A DNA stretch of 64,000 nucleotides from Eledone cirrhosa (GCA_964016885.1 OZ024752.1:35340001-35404000), one strand, 5' to 3'. Counted from the first letter of the stretch, positions 33,939 through 47,031 are shown. Notes: generated by a model from the letters alone, not told the origin. A program made the numbers and translations.

Positions 33939-34532
33939 ATATATATATTATATATATATATATATATAGATAATTTAATATATCTACTAACATAAGCGCA
34001 CAGATGTACGCCAATGCCAGCAAATACACAGGTTATGTCATAGTACCTAGGTGGTTCGATGCAGGAGAATGCAGAACAATAATATAAAAGACGTAAAATA
34101 AGAAAATTAAAAAAAAAAAAAAAAAAAAAAAAATTAACTTACTTAAATTTTCACTCCAACTAATTAGTTTCTGCAATGGGATAAAGACAGTTACGTAATG
34201 AACCGTTGAGAATTTCATTGCGTCATCAGGGAGGTCATTCTCAGCCGAGTCTCCAGGCGATGCGCGGACACTGGGACTCATATAAAAATAATAATAATTC
34301 GGTAAATGGAACAGCTATCGAGGACTGGATTCCAGCTACTGAAAAATTCTCACTGCCACTGATCTAAAGAATCAATCACGTGACACAGAGGCTAGTCAGT
34401 AGGAATGGGGTCGTAAGATGACAAGCGCCTACTAACACCCCCCAAACAAATTTTAGAAGTGGTTTTGGCAGGTTTGCTCGACAAATCAGTGATTTGGAGA
34501 TAAATATAGATAATTTAATATATCTACTAACA

Positions 34533-34624
<92 letters not shown>

Positions 34625-34629
34625 ATATT

Positions 34630-34664
<35 letters not shown>

Positions 34665-34709
34665 AATATATATATATCTATATTAGAAAGTGATTTTTTT
34701 TTTACAAAA

Positions 34710-35140
34710 TGAAAAATAACCGAGGTGTCCTACACGAGTGAAAGTATAAAGAAAAAAAGATGAAATCGAAAATGCAACTGGAGTCTTACTTTTTTAAAAA
34801 TATATATATTTATTAGGTTCCTTTACCGGTTTCGCAGTTCTTATGCTTTTCAAAAGTAGAGTTGAGATGGAGGGTCTGTGGTTTTTATCACATCTTGTTC
34901 ACGTGACAGCCAAATTTCATTTATAACCTTTTTCTTTCAATTCTCGTCTTAGTTGTTCTAGAGAAACATTTTGGTCATGTTGGACAGACATGACAGATGT
35001 GAGAAAAACCACAGACCCTCCATCTCAACTCTACTTTTGAAAAGCAGAAGAACTGCGAAACTGGTAAAGGAACCAAATAAATATATATATTTTAAAAAAA
35101 AATAAGACTCCAGTTGCATTTTCGATTTCATCTTTTTCTC
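34710..35140. mobile_element. Inverted insertion, arms about 145 bp (34751-34894 and 34995-35138), each with a hammerhead-like motif
   Basis: Reverse-complement arms; plus arm reads ctt-TTGAAAA-gcagaagaactgc-GAAA-ctgg-TA-aag. Confidence 0.75.
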
Positions 35141-35220
35141 TCTCTCTCTCTCTCTTCTCTATCAGTCTCTCTCTCTCTCGTCTCTCTCTCTCATCTCTCT
35201 TCTCTCTCTCTCCTCTCTCT

Positions 35221-35271
<51 letters not shown>

Positions 35272-35478
35272 ATATATATATATATATTTGTATATATATA
35301 TATATATATTTGTATATATATATATATATATATATATTTGTATATATATATATATATATTTGTATATATATATATATATATTTGTATATATATATATATA
35401 TATTTGTATATATATATATATATATATATTTGTATATATATATATATATATATATTTATATTTGTATATATCTATATA

Positions 35479-35559
<81 letters not shown>

Positions 35560-35583
35560 ATAATATATTTGTATATATATATA

Positions 35584-35626
<43 letters not shown>

Positions 35627-35633
35627 ATATATA

Positions 35634-35717
<84 letters not shown>

Positions 35718-35741
35718 AGTATATATATATTATATATTATA

Positions 35742-35776
<35 letters not shown>

Positions 35777-35853
35777 ATATATATATATATATTATATATA
35801 TTTGTATATATATATATATATTTGTATATATATATATATATATATATTTGTAT

Positions 35854-36053
35854 NNNNNNNNNNNNNNNNNNNNNNNNNNNNNNNNNNNNNNNNNNNNNNN
35901 NNNNNNNNNNNNNNNNNNNNNNNNNNNNNNNNNNNNNNNNNNNNNNNNNNNNNNNNNNNNNNNNNNNNNNNNNNNNNNNNNNNNNNNNNNNNNNNNNNNN
36001 NNNNNNNNNNNNNNNNNNNNNNNNNNNNNNNNNNNNNNNNNNNNNNNNNNNNN
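35854..36053. other. Assembly gap (200 N)
   Basis: Run of n characters. Confidence 1.
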
Positions 36054-36397
36054 CACTAAATATTAACGCTTCTAATATTTAACCCTGTCTGCACGATCAC
36101 CGAACACAAATGCACGTGCTTATGGCAATTAATTATCTGTATCGTCTCCTTCTCTAGCACTTCCTCTCTCTGTTCTCTTTCACGATACTGTAACATGTTG
36201 TTACACACACACACTCACATATATATATATATATATATATTGGATTAAATGCTCTGAAATAGCGATATATATGTGAAGATAGACATAGAATATTCGAAAA
36301 TATTCTGTATGTTTATAATAAACATTTTGAAGACCTAATCGCTATAGAATAGAATACGTCACGTATTACAATTAGATTCTCGATAAAAGCAAGGGAA

Positions 36398-36440
36398 GTA
36401 ACCTACGCGTTTCATTCTTATTAGAAATCTTCAGGATTAC
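36398..36440 (-). ncRNA. Minimal type I hammerhead ribozyme (retrozyme monomer)
   Basis: Reverse complement of gtaatc-CTGAAGA-tttctaataagaat-GAAA-cgcg-TA-ggttac. Confidence 0.88.
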
Positions 36441-36978
36441 ATATCCAGTGCTTTTATCGAGAATGACACAGCTAGAGACTTATAGAATACTTAGCTGTGT
36501 ACAGGAACTGGTTTGAAAGAGCGGTTGCCGGTCCGGCAGAAATTAGAAATTGGATTAAATGCTCTGAAATAGCGATATATATGTGAAGATAGACATAGAA
36601 TATTCGAAAATATTCTGTATGTTTATAATAAACATTTTGAAGACCTAATCGCTATAGAATAGAATACGTCACGTATGAAGATTTCTAATAAGAATGAAAC
36701 GCGTAGGTTACTTCCCTTGCTTTTATCGAGAATCTAATTGTAATACGTGACGTATTCTATTCTATAGCGATTAGGTCTTCAAAATGTTTATTATAAACAT
36801 ACAGAATATTTTCGAATATTCTATGTCTATCTTCACATATATATCGCTATTTCAGAGCATTTAATCCAATTTCTAATTTCTGCCGGACCGGCAACCGCTC
36901 TTTCAAACCAGTTCCTGTACACAGCTAAGTATTCTATAAGTCTCTAGCTGTGTCATTCTCGATAAAAGCACTGGATAT

Positions 36979-37021
36979 GTAATCCTGAAGATTTCTAATA
37001 AGAATGAAACGCGTAGGTTAC
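36979..37021 (+). ncRNA. Minimal type I hammerhead ribozyme (retrozyme monomer)
   Basis: gtaatc-CTGAAGA-tttctaataagaat-GAAA-cgcg-TA-ggttac; palindromic helix III ACGCGT, GUA triplet. Confidence 0.88.
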
Positions 37022-37288
37022 TTCCCTTGCTTTTATCGAGAATCTAATTGTAATACGTGACGTATTCTATTCTATAGCGATTAGGTCTTCAAAATGTTTA
37101 TTATAAACATACAGAATATTTTCGAATATTCTATGTCTATCTTCACATATATATCGCTATTTCAGAGCATTTAATCCAATTTCTAATTTCTGCCGGACCG
37201 GCAACCGCTCTTTCAAACCAGTTCCTGTACACAGCTAAGTATTCTATAAGTCTCTAGCTGTGTCATTCTCGATAAAAGCACTGGATAT

Positions 37289-37331
37289 GTAATCCTGAAG
37301 ATTTCTAATAAGAATGAAACGCGTAGGTTAC
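37289..37331 (+). ncRNA. Minimal type I hammerhead ribozyme (retrozyme monomer)
   Basis: Identical motif 310 bp downstream of 36979. Confidence 0.88.
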
Positions 37332-37451
37332 TTCCCTTGCTTTTATCGAGAATCTAATTGTAATACGTGACGTATTCTATTCTATAGCGATTAGGTCTTC
37401 AAAATGTTTATTATAAACATACAGAATATTTTCGAATATTCTATGTCTATC

Positions 37452-37504
<53 letters not shown>

Positions 37505-37738
37505 TTGTCTGCCTCTCTGTTTTGTTCCCGTCTAAATTTGCAATATATATATATGCATCTCTCTCTCTCCGATATTTCTCCACGTTTTTTTCTTTCTCTC
37601 CGTTTTTTTCTAATTGTCCTTAACACTCTGACTTATTAAAGTAATATAAACAAATCACTATCCGGATGGCTTCCCAAAACAATGGTTGCATTTTAATAGG
37701 GTACGTCAAAGCTTATTTGTAAAACTGTTATATATTGT

Positions 37739-37802
37739 ATTTTGTCTGATGAAGGCATACCATAATTTAATTTGGTATCCCTGAAATATGTATAATGAAA
37801 TA
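37739..37802 (+). ncRNA. Minimal type I hammerhead ribozyme
   Basis: attttgt-CTGATGA-aggcatacca..tggtatccct-GAAA-tatgta-TA-atgaaat; same family as 9561. Confidence 0.75.
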
Positions 37803-37869
37803 AATATGGTTTTATAAATATAGTTTCCATTTATTAATATCGTATATATATATATATATATATATATTC

Positions 37870-38080
37870 ATAGTAATAATAATAAATTAGAAGACTAAAA
37901 TCCAAAGATGGCTCGATAAGGATAAATATATATCAAATATATAAGAACCGTAGAGCAAATATTTACTAAAATAACAGATTATAGTTTAAGCAAAAAATCG
38001 CTGTTTCAGAAGATCCCGATAAGGGTGAAAGCAGCGATTCTTTGCTTAAACTTTAATCTGTTATTTTAATAAATATATAT
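37870..38080. mobile_element. Short inverted insertion with a 5'-truncated hammerhead
   Basis: Arms at 37959-38008 and 38026-38076; right arm reads GAAGA-tcccgataagggt-GAAA-gca..tgc-TT. Confidence 0.65.
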
Positions 38081-38100
38081 ATTCATATATATATATATAT

Positions 38101-38931
38101 AACAATATTCCTAAATTATTTTTTAGTGCCTTAAATAAATGCTTCCCTCCCTCACATATCTATAGTAAAATATTTAACAAACACACCATCAAATTTTCGT
38201 ATTCTACATCCTCCAATATTTCCAACATCATCTCTAAACACAACAATAAAATACTAAATACTAAATCTCTTCCTTCCAATATTGAATTTCATAATAACAG
38301 TAATAGTACTCCCGACGTCATTGTAAACCCTAGGCTAACTTCTGTAAACCCAAATACAACGTCAAACACAACTTCGCTAAATGTTCATAATCCAACTCTA
38401 AATCAAGAAACTATTATTCCTATTATTCCTATCGCAAACAACTTCTCCAATCCAATTCCTTCTATAGATAACACTAGATCACTCATTAATAATCTCTCTA
38501 ATTGCAACTGCCGCATTAAAAATAAATGTCCTCTCAACAACCATTGTCTCGATAAAAACTTAATTTATGAATGTAAAATTATAACTAGCACCAATTTCTT
38601 CACCTATTTTGGCTCCACTTCCACCTCTTTTAAAGCTCGTCTCTATAATCATCATTCATCTTTCAAATACAAACTTAAAAGAACCAACACTGCTCTCTCA
38701 GAACTCATATGGTCCTTAAAAGACAAAAACATTAAATATACCATCTTTTGGAAGAAGATTTCTTCTGCATCCTCATACTTGAACAGCTCTCTATCTAAAA
38801 TCTGTAATCTCTGCCTAAATGAAAAATTTACCATTATCTCAAACCTAGATTCTATAATAAATAGACGCACAGATTTGTTTTCTATCTGCCTGCATAAATT
38901 CCATAGAACTTTTCACAAAGTATACAGTTAA
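38101..38931 (+). pseudogene. C-terminal linker + GIY-YIG endonuclease of PLE family A (no start)
   Basis: NNIPKLFF..KFSYS..CNC..CPL..LIYEC..TYFG..CNLCLNEK..CLHK..KVYS*. Confidence 0.85.
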
Positions 38932-39949
38932 TATTCAATTCTTTATCAATTTAGAATCTTTTCTCAAAGGCACATATACATACACCTCTTTAAAATATAC
39001 CCATCTACCTTACTTTAAAGGGCATTATACACTCTATAATACTTGTTTACTCATTACCCTCATTCTATCTTCACCTTGTAAAATCATAACATATACACTT
39101 GTTGTTTTGACGTTAGAATATTCATCCGCAATCATTATTATTTTTTCTCTCTATCATAAATCTTTTTAATCTCAATTTCATCCTTAATTTATTATTATTT
39201 TTTTCTCCCCATCAACGAACTCATTATTAATACATATTAACTCTTTATTCGCATATATTATCAATTCCTTCAATATACAAACTTTAACTTCACATTATTT
39301 TTCTCAAATCCTTCTACACACAAACCTTAATAATTTTTCTCTTCGTTAATTTTGAAATTGCCACAATACATACATTTCTTTTTTTGACGTTAGAATATTC
39401 ATCCACAATTATTATTTTTTCCTCTCTATCTTCATACATAAATTCCCTTCGTTAATTTTCAAATTCCTTTAATTTATACATTATCTTCCAACGGTTCCCA
39501 ACCTCTCTATGTTAAAACAATATATCTTTTTCTCAGTTATAAAAATTATCTCTTTCTCTCTATCACCCATCTCTCCCTCTCCACCTTCACTCTCATCTGC
39601 TCCCCCCCTTTTTTCATCCTTTCCACCCCCCTCCCTAAATAAAATATTTTTTCCTCACACATATCCTCCCTTCGTTAATTTTCAAAATTTTTAATTTATA
39701 CATTATCTTCCAACGGTTTTCAACCTCTATGTAAAACAATATATCTCCTCTCAGTTATAAAAACTATCTCTTTCTCTCTATCACCCATCTCTCCCTCTCA
39801 TCTCCTTCCCTTTTCATCCTTTCCACCCCCCCCTCTCTAAATAAAATATTTTCCCAATATCACACATCAATCTAAAACCACTTTTCATATGTTGATTTAA
39901 AACTGCACTATCCACAAGTGTTTTTTAGCCTTCATATCATGTTCTCCTG

Positions 39950-40016
39950 TTTTATCTGATGAAAACACAAATATTATTGCATGATGATGTTTGTTTTTGA
40001 AATGCGAATAATAAAA
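39950..40016 (+). ncRNA. Minimal type I hammerhead (PLE family A), helix III palindrome mutated (tgcgaa)
   Basis: ttttat-CTGATGA..GAAA-tgcgaa-TA-ataaaa. Confidence 0.75.
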
Positions 40017-40108
40017 TACATGGAACTCCTTTAACCATCTTTTGATCTTATATTATATATTCATATATATATATTCATATATATATTCATATATATATAT
40101 ATATATTC

Positions 40109-40155
<47 letters not shown>

Positions 40156-40167
40156 TATATATATATA

Positions 40168-40213
<46 letters not shown>

Positions 40214-40244
40214 TATATATATATATATATGAATATATATATAT

Positions 40245-40870
40245 CGTTTCTGAATTTGTTTAGCAAGATTCTTTATCTGAAATCGTGTGTTGAAACCGAT
40301 ATTGTTATACTTTGGGCGGGTCATGTTGCCAATAAGAAACACACGCACCAGTTGCTTTCACTTCAATTTATTATATATCTATAAATTTATAAATCTACAA
40401 ATCTACAAATTTATAAATTTCTGGTTGGTTGGTTCCACAACCAGATAGTTGTTTATATATAGTCATAGTCCTTTCGTCACAATAAGAAACACACGCACCA
40501 GTTGCTTTCACTTCAATTTATTATATATCTATAAATTTGTAAATTTACAAATCTACAAATTTATAAATTTCTGGTTGGTTGGTTGGTTCCACAACCAGAT
40601 AGTTGTTTATATATAGTCATAGTCCTTTCGTCACACACTCTGTGACCTCTTCAGTGACTGGGGATTCCTTTCTTTGTTTCTGTGCCTTTCCTTTCTTCTG
40701 TCCTACGTCATTTTGTTTCTGTGTGTGTGTTGTGTGCTCAGTTTGCGCATGCGCCACATCCGGGTGTCTGTGTGTGTTTGTGTTCATTTATCTATTTGTT
40801 TATTTATTTATTTACATGTTGTTGGTTGGTTGTTTGTTCTATGTGTGTGCGTGTTTTCATTTTGTCCTTA
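40245..40870 (-). mobile_element. Inverted PLE 3' UTR/pseudo-LTR-like segment with a 150-bp internal tandem duplication
   Basis: The tail is a diverged reverse complement of about 42930-43000; 40331-40480 is repeated at 40481-40634; contains a hammerhead. Confidence 0.7.
40615..40659 (-). ncRNA. Minimal type I hammerhead ribozyme
   Basis: agtca-CTGAAGA-ggtcacagagtgtgtgac-GAAA-ggac-TA-tgact. Confidence 0.75.
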
Positions 40871-43008
40871 ATTGTGCGACGTCGACACAGACGAACTGGG
40901 CCTCCTACTTAGACTTACCTACGACACTGATTACCTAGACAGCCATGACCTTAGATGTTTCTGCCCTAGTAGACCTATAAGAGGTAGACCCCTCACCATA
41001 ACCTCAATGGCTAAAAAGACTCCCATAGGAAGGTGGATTGGGTGGACCAAAGCCATACGGACCCCCTAAAACACTGATCAGGTAAGAAAAATGGTCGCAC
41101 ATGCAATAGGGGCTAGTATCAAAACTACCCTAAAGGGCCACATATTTAAGTTCAATGAGAAAATCTACACCCAAAATGAGGGAGCAGCCATCGGCGTCAG
41201 CATAGCTGGTGATGTTGCCAACCTTTTCATGGTATGGTGGGAAAGGAGACTTAAAGATCTCCTTAATGAAAGCTCCATAGACCTCATCATGTACTCTCGT
41301 TATGTAGATGATATCAATATAGTTATAAGAACACCCCCACTAGAAAGCACTAACAAGTTTGATTTAGAACGTAGCACGATGGAAAGCATCCAGCAGATAG
41401 CTAATTCCATACACCAGAGTATAACTGTAACTATCGACTTCCCTTCCAAACACCCTAACAATAGACTACCTGTATTAGACACAGAACTCTGGATTAACAC
41501 TATAGACGAGAGAGCCCAAATTCTCCACTCACACTATGCTAAACCCATGGCCTCCAAATACCTGATACTCAAAAACTCAGCAATGTCCAGTAGTGCTAAG
41601 TTTAATATTCTGATCGCAGATTTGGTACGAGTGATGAAGAATGTGTCCAGCATGTGCGACCCAACAGAAATGGAAAGACACATCCAACACTTCATCAACC
41701 GCATGCAGTTCTCTGGCTACAACCAAAGAGACAGAGTCAGAGTATACGAAGGAGCCATGGAAAAGTATAAGACCCTCATAGAACTGGACATGAAAGGAAT
41801 TTGCCCACTATACAGGAGCAAATCATGGAATAGCTTAGATAGGGCTAGACATAAGATAGGGAAGGCCACATCATGGTACGACAACTGGAGGGAAATTAGC
41901 TAACCAGTGTAGAAAGGCCCTGAGAAAGACCCACTTAAAAATAAAGGTGGTAGAAAAGCCAGGAACCACCATAAAATCCCTGATCAGCAAAACCTACCCT
42001 TTTAAGAAAACCCACTGTACCAATAGGAAATGTATCATATGTAAGGTGAACCCCCGGATAAACTGTAAAACTAGAAACGTAGTCTATAGCATAAGATGTA
42101 CAGAGGGTACTTGCAGAAACATGACAACAACATACATAGGTGAGACAGCTCGTAGCATAGGTGAAAGGATAGACCAACACTGGGGGGAACTAAAAGGACG
42201 AAAAAACGGGTCAGTACTATACGAACATGCTAGACAACAACATGACGGTAAGATAGACAACATAGAAATTAGAATAATATCTAAACATAGGAATGACCCA
42301 GCAGATAGGCAAATCAGAGAGGCCAGTGAAATAGAAATTAGAAGACCAAAGCTAAGCAGAAAGAATGAGTGGAACAACAACAACACCCAAACAAACAACA
42401 CTGACCTAAGAGAAGTATAAATAAGTAAATAAAATAAAATAAAATAAGATAAATAAATACATACACAAGCACAATAACAACAAGCACATAAACACACACT
42501 AGTCACCCAGCAGACACAACACTATACACACTAGTCACACAGCACACATAACACTATACACACACGCAAACGCATACGCAAAGAAGACAAAATAAAATAA
42601 GATAAACAAACAAGCAAATAAATAAATAAATATATAGACAGACTGAATAAAAAATGGCGTAGACATACAACACAACAGGAGGAACAAAGAATATAACACC
42701 ACTGACGATGTTGCAGATGTGCAACGAAAGATTTATGTAAATTATGTAAACTATATATATATGTGTTTGTGTCTATATTGTATCTGTATTATTTTTGACC
42801 GTCGCTCAGTCAATGGCAACATTGAGGACCGAGTAAGTTAGATCGCAGATATAAAAGACAGCGAGAAGCGAAAACCAACCAAACAGTGAGTGTGTTCTGT
42901 TATTAATTCTGGCAATATTACGCAAATATGACCCTCCCCAAGTATAACAATATCTGTTTCGACACACGATTTCATATAAAAAACCTCGCTAAACTAATTC
43001 ATCGCCGC
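40870..43008 (+). mobile_element. Penelope-like retrotransposon of a second RT type (RYVDD), 5'-truncated
   Basis: RT plus GIY-YIG remnant; 3' UTR with a hammerhead-like core at 42697-42737; ends at (TA)n. Confidence 0.9.
41091..42420 (+). pseudogene. Penelope-like RT (41091-41903) and GIY-YIG endonuclease (41947-42420), disrupted
   Basis: Motifs YTQNEGAAIG, ANLFM, YSRYVDD, LPVLD, SGY; then C..C..C..C, NVVYSIRC..YIGETAR..ER..QH, H and REA. Confidence 0.9.
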
Positions 43009-43040
<32 letters not shown>

Positions 43041-43041
<1 letters not shown>

Positions 43042-43410
43042 TATTCAGAATATTAATAAATGAAGACATTCACATAATCAAAATATATGATTTATTATAT
43101 ATATTTCGAAGGTACTGTGCTGTTTTTTCAGTACGTCATCGTCAGATAAAATACATGAATTGAACCATCAAGACCGTTGAGGTATGTCATACATCAATTC
43201 ATGTATTTTATCTGACGAGGACGTACTGAAAAAACAGCACAGTACCTTCGAAATATATATAATAAAACATATATTTTGATTATGTGAATGTCTTCATTTA
43301 TTAATATTCTGAATAATATTAATAACTCCAGAAAACTTCATTGTAGAGTGCTTTTAATCTATTGTAAAACTATATTCATTGAGTAATCAATGAACCATAT
43401 TAATCTTTGG

Positions 43411-43413
<3 letters not shown>
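43041..43413. mobile_element. Inverted insertion, arms about 123 bp (43041-43163 and 43194-43317), a hammerhead in each; right arm extended by a tail of about 95 nt
   Basis: Reverse-complement arms with (TA)n flanks. Confidence 0.85.
43205..43267 (+). ncRNA. Minimal type I hammerhead ribozyme (mirror copy on minus at 43091-43152)
   Basis: ttttat-CTGACGA-ggacgtactg..cagtaccttc-GAAA-tatata-TA-ataaaa. Confidence 0.8.
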
Positions 43414-43462
<49 letters not shown>

Positions 43463-44030
43463 CCATTGAGTTCTTAAACACGTTGGATTGATAATGTTTT
43501 CAAAAAAACTAATTAACCCGCGTGTATATTATTATTTTTTTCTCCTCATTTCGTGGATCGTGGGTTGTCTCCCCTTCCCACTTCGTGTCGCTATGATACT
43601 TCCTCAGTCAAAAACTGCTGGAATTTCAAATTTGGCGGTCATTCGAGGTGAGAGAGAGCAACTTTACGGACACGATTTTTGACAGCGGCAAGAAATTGTT
43701 TTCTTATATCAATGTTTAACGGGCTTCCACTGATGATTTATAAGTGCCCACCTAAATATATTCTTACATGAATATATATAAGGCTTCTACATAAACTGGA
43801 AACATTCTCCCAATTTGTAGAAAACTTATAATGAAACAATTGTTTGGAAAGAGAGATATACTTTAACTTTAATTATATCTCATAAAATAATACAACTGGT
43901 TTGTCCACATTATACATATTGTTAGACCCCAAACACTTAAATTGGGTTTATATTTTAATATAACCTAATGTTTGTTGAGTGAGATGGTTACCAGTCAGAG
44001 TTTAGCTTTAAACTATCTCTGTTATTGTAT

Positions 44031-44091
<61 letters not shown>

Positions 44092-44095
<4 letters not shown>

Positions 44096-44290
44096 GTGGA
44101 ACACTGGAAGGTAATATCCGTAGGGATAGAGCTCTCAGTCCATGGGTCGAGTTAGGTAGAAGTGGTTACACAAAGTTAGTTGACCATACCGAGAACAATT
44201 GTTTCACCTTAGCGGATCCTCACCTCGAGGATTCGTTAAGGTGAAACAATTATTCCGGTATGGTGAACAAACTGTTGTGAAACCACTTCT
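44092..44290. mobile_element. Short inverted insertion with a near-canonical hammerhead on minus (44190-44227)
   Basis: Minus strand cgag-GTGAGGA-tccgctaaggt-GAAA-caattg-TT-ctcg; the plus arm starts at GAGGA. Confidence 0.65.
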
Positions 44291-44301
44291 ATATATATAT
44301 A

Positions 44302-44690
44302 TGTAGGAGGTAAGTTTTATAGTAGTACAATAAAGCAATGCAGATATCGGATTAGTAGCACTCTACAGTTTGTAGGACTGGAGTATAAATAATATAAGAT
44401 CAAAAGATGGTTAAAAGAGTTCCATGTATTTTATTATGCGCATTTCAAAAACAAATATCATCATGAGATGACATTTGCGTTTTCGTCAGATAAAATAGGG
44501 AGACATGATATGAAGGTTAAAAAATGTTGATTTAAAACTGCACTATTCACAAGTATTTTTTAACCTTCATATCATGTCTCCCTATTTTATCTGACGAAAA
44601 CGCAAATGTCATCTCATGATGATATTTGTTTTTGAAATGCGCATAATAAAATACATGGAACTCTTTTAACCATCTTTTGATCTTATATTA
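44302..44690. mobile_element. Inverted 3'-end derivative of a PLE family A variant; full hammerheads on both arms (44428-44496 minus, 44584-44652 plus)
   Basis: Near-perfect arms of about 135 bp; ttttat-CTGACGA..GAAA-tgcgca-TA-ataaaa; the left arm extends into a tail of about 90 nt. Confidence 0.88.
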
Positions 44691-44828
44691 TATATATATA
44701 TATATGATTTCTCCCGAATGAAACAGTTCTAGTCCTGTAGAAGCCATTTCTATATTAAATATTTATACTCTGCTATGTATTGAGTACCTTACTTACTGTG
44801 GTTACCCCCGATTGAACCCGGGATAAAC

Positions 44829-44859
<31 letters not shown>

Positions 44860-44896
44860 TGTATGTATGTATGTATGTATGTATGTATGTATGTTT

Positions 44897-45510
44897 ATGT
44901 CAGGTCACCAGTTGGTGCTACTGGTAACATGTATCCCAGTACAACCTGTCTCATGGTCGGGTCGTTGGCGACTAAACTGGCAACCCCACCAAGGTTTCCT
45001 GGTGAGGAGGGTGCCTTTGGACATCCTGCAGGACTAAAAACAAAACCTGTCAAAGGGCAAAGAACCTCTTAAGAGTTAATGGCCATCCAAAATCACCGGG
45101 AGAGATGACCCCTTAGCCTTTGTCAAGGCAGAATTCTAGGAGAAGGAAAACTCTGATATAACACCTGCAACCCTGATGGTATCCAATGATGTTGACTTGT
45201 TCTTCTTTTTGGTACATATCATCTTGGTTAAGAGAGTGGGACTGGCTTTGTTCAGTGCCTTTGCTCACTATAAAAGCTTCACGGCACAGGCATTGCTTTG
45301 TATCTGGAGATCTCTCTGCACTTGTCGTCACATGGTACCAAAGGTAAAGCACTATGTGTCAATGATTGTCACAAGTGTAGTGTTTGTACCAGAATTTTCC
45401 AGTCGCTGGCTGGACTAAAAAGTCACACTCGTTCAGCGCATCGGTAGGGGTTCTCCTACATGGATATAAAGTAGTGGCCGTACTCGAAAACGAGTTGGCA
45501 GCCACCATGT
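44897..45510. mobile_element. Second copy of the unclassified 610-bp repeat, flanked by (TATG)n on both sides
   Basis: Homologous to 30330-30942. Confidence 0.75.
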
Positions 45511-45624
45511 ATGTATGTATGTATGTATGTATGTATGTATGTATGTATGTATGTATGTATGTGTATGTGTGTGTGTGTGTTATGTATTTCCGTACAGAAT
45601 TAAATATATATATATGTATGTATG

Positions 45625-45696
45625 TATATATTGTATACATATATATAACATATAATTACAAGTGTATATTTGCAGGTTTATATACAAGATGCATAT

Positions 45697-45788
<92 letters not shown>

Positions 45789-45863
45789 CTATGTATATAG
45801 TGTATACATATATATAACATAATTACAAGTGTATATTTACAGGTAATATATACAAGATGCATA

Positions 45864-45906
<43 letters not shown>

Positions 45907-45978
45907 CTATGTATATAGTGTATACATATATATAACATAATTACAAGTGTATATTTACAGGTAATATATGCAAGATGC

Positions 45979-46053
<75 letters not shown>

Positions 46054-46136
46054 TCTATGTATATAGTGTATACATATATATAACATAATTACAACTATAT
46101 ATTTACAGGTAATATATGCAAGATGCATATATATGT

Positions 46137-46180
<44 letters not shown>
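45625..46180. repeat. Compound tandem repeat: about 4 units of a core of about 80 bp alternating with (GT)n
   Basis: ataacataattacaagtgtatatttacagg..caagatgcat recurs four times. Confidence 0.85.
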
Positions 46181-46181
<1 letters not shown>

Positions 46182-46926
46182 AATAAAGTTAGTCCTTCAT
46201 CAGTGATCTTCCAACCATCATTGGTATTTCATCGCTTTAAAGACCATATACCTCCGGTTGGTGCGAGCAACGGCTAAAAAAAGTCGTTGGGACACGTAAA
46301 TAAAGGGGACAGCGAGAGGGTAAACAAACAAAGATGGTGAAGCAACGAAAAGTGAGGAAGATGAAGTCAAGTCCCAAATTTCTATGAATTTAAATTCGGT
46401 GAAATCGTGAACGAGAGAGAATAAAGACCATCAAACCTGGTTGGAATGTGAGCAAGGAAGGAATATATATATATACAATCGATAGCTAGAAAGTAATAGA
46501 TATATGGTCGTCATATCCAAGGTGTTATATTTCGACGCTGTTAGCAACAATATAACCGTGATAATTTACAACTTTAAATGTAGCGTTAAGTTCAATACAC
46601 CTGCTAATGCCCCTCAGGTAGATTCTACAGGTCAGAAGCTAAATAAACATAATAAAAGTCATGTAATACCCAGGGTCGTCTTTTAATAGAGAAGAGGTCC
46701 TCGCTTAATCAAGGATCTTCGTTTTCTTTTAAAGCTATTTAACCCCTTAGTATTTAAACCGGCTATATCTGGCCAGAATTCAATCACCTCTTTCTGTTCA
46801 AACCTGTCGTAACTAGCCATTCATACTTATGTTAAGGTATTGTTCGTAAAAATGGTATCAAAATCTCATAAATTCAATATTATGTGAGATAGAGCTTTTC
46901 CCGCAAAAATACAGTATATATAGAAT

Positions 46927-47031
46927 ATTTGTTTCTACTATTGGCACAAGGCCATCAATTACCCAGTACATTACTGGTACTTTATTTTATCGACCCCGTA
47001 AGGATGAAAGGCAAAGTTAACCTCGGCGGGA
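46927..47031 (-). mobile_element. SINE family A 3' fragment
   Basis: Tail and central domain; flanking atatatagaata duplication. Confidence 0.8.

Larger units (their letters stand above)
36240..37455. mobile_element. Retrozyme-like array: 310-bp non-coding monomers, one hammerhead each; about 1.4 units on minus then about 2.5 units on plus
   Basis: Exact 310-bp period (36241/36551; 36979/37289), inversion at about 36676, (TA)n flanks, no ORF. Confidence 0.85.
38101..40053 (+). mobile_element. Penelope-like retrotransposon family A, strongly 5'-truncated
   Basis: Reverse-complement homolog of 31060-32660. GIY-YIG frame runs 38101-38931; the 3' UTR has internal duplications and a hammerhead. 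Confidence 0.92.
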
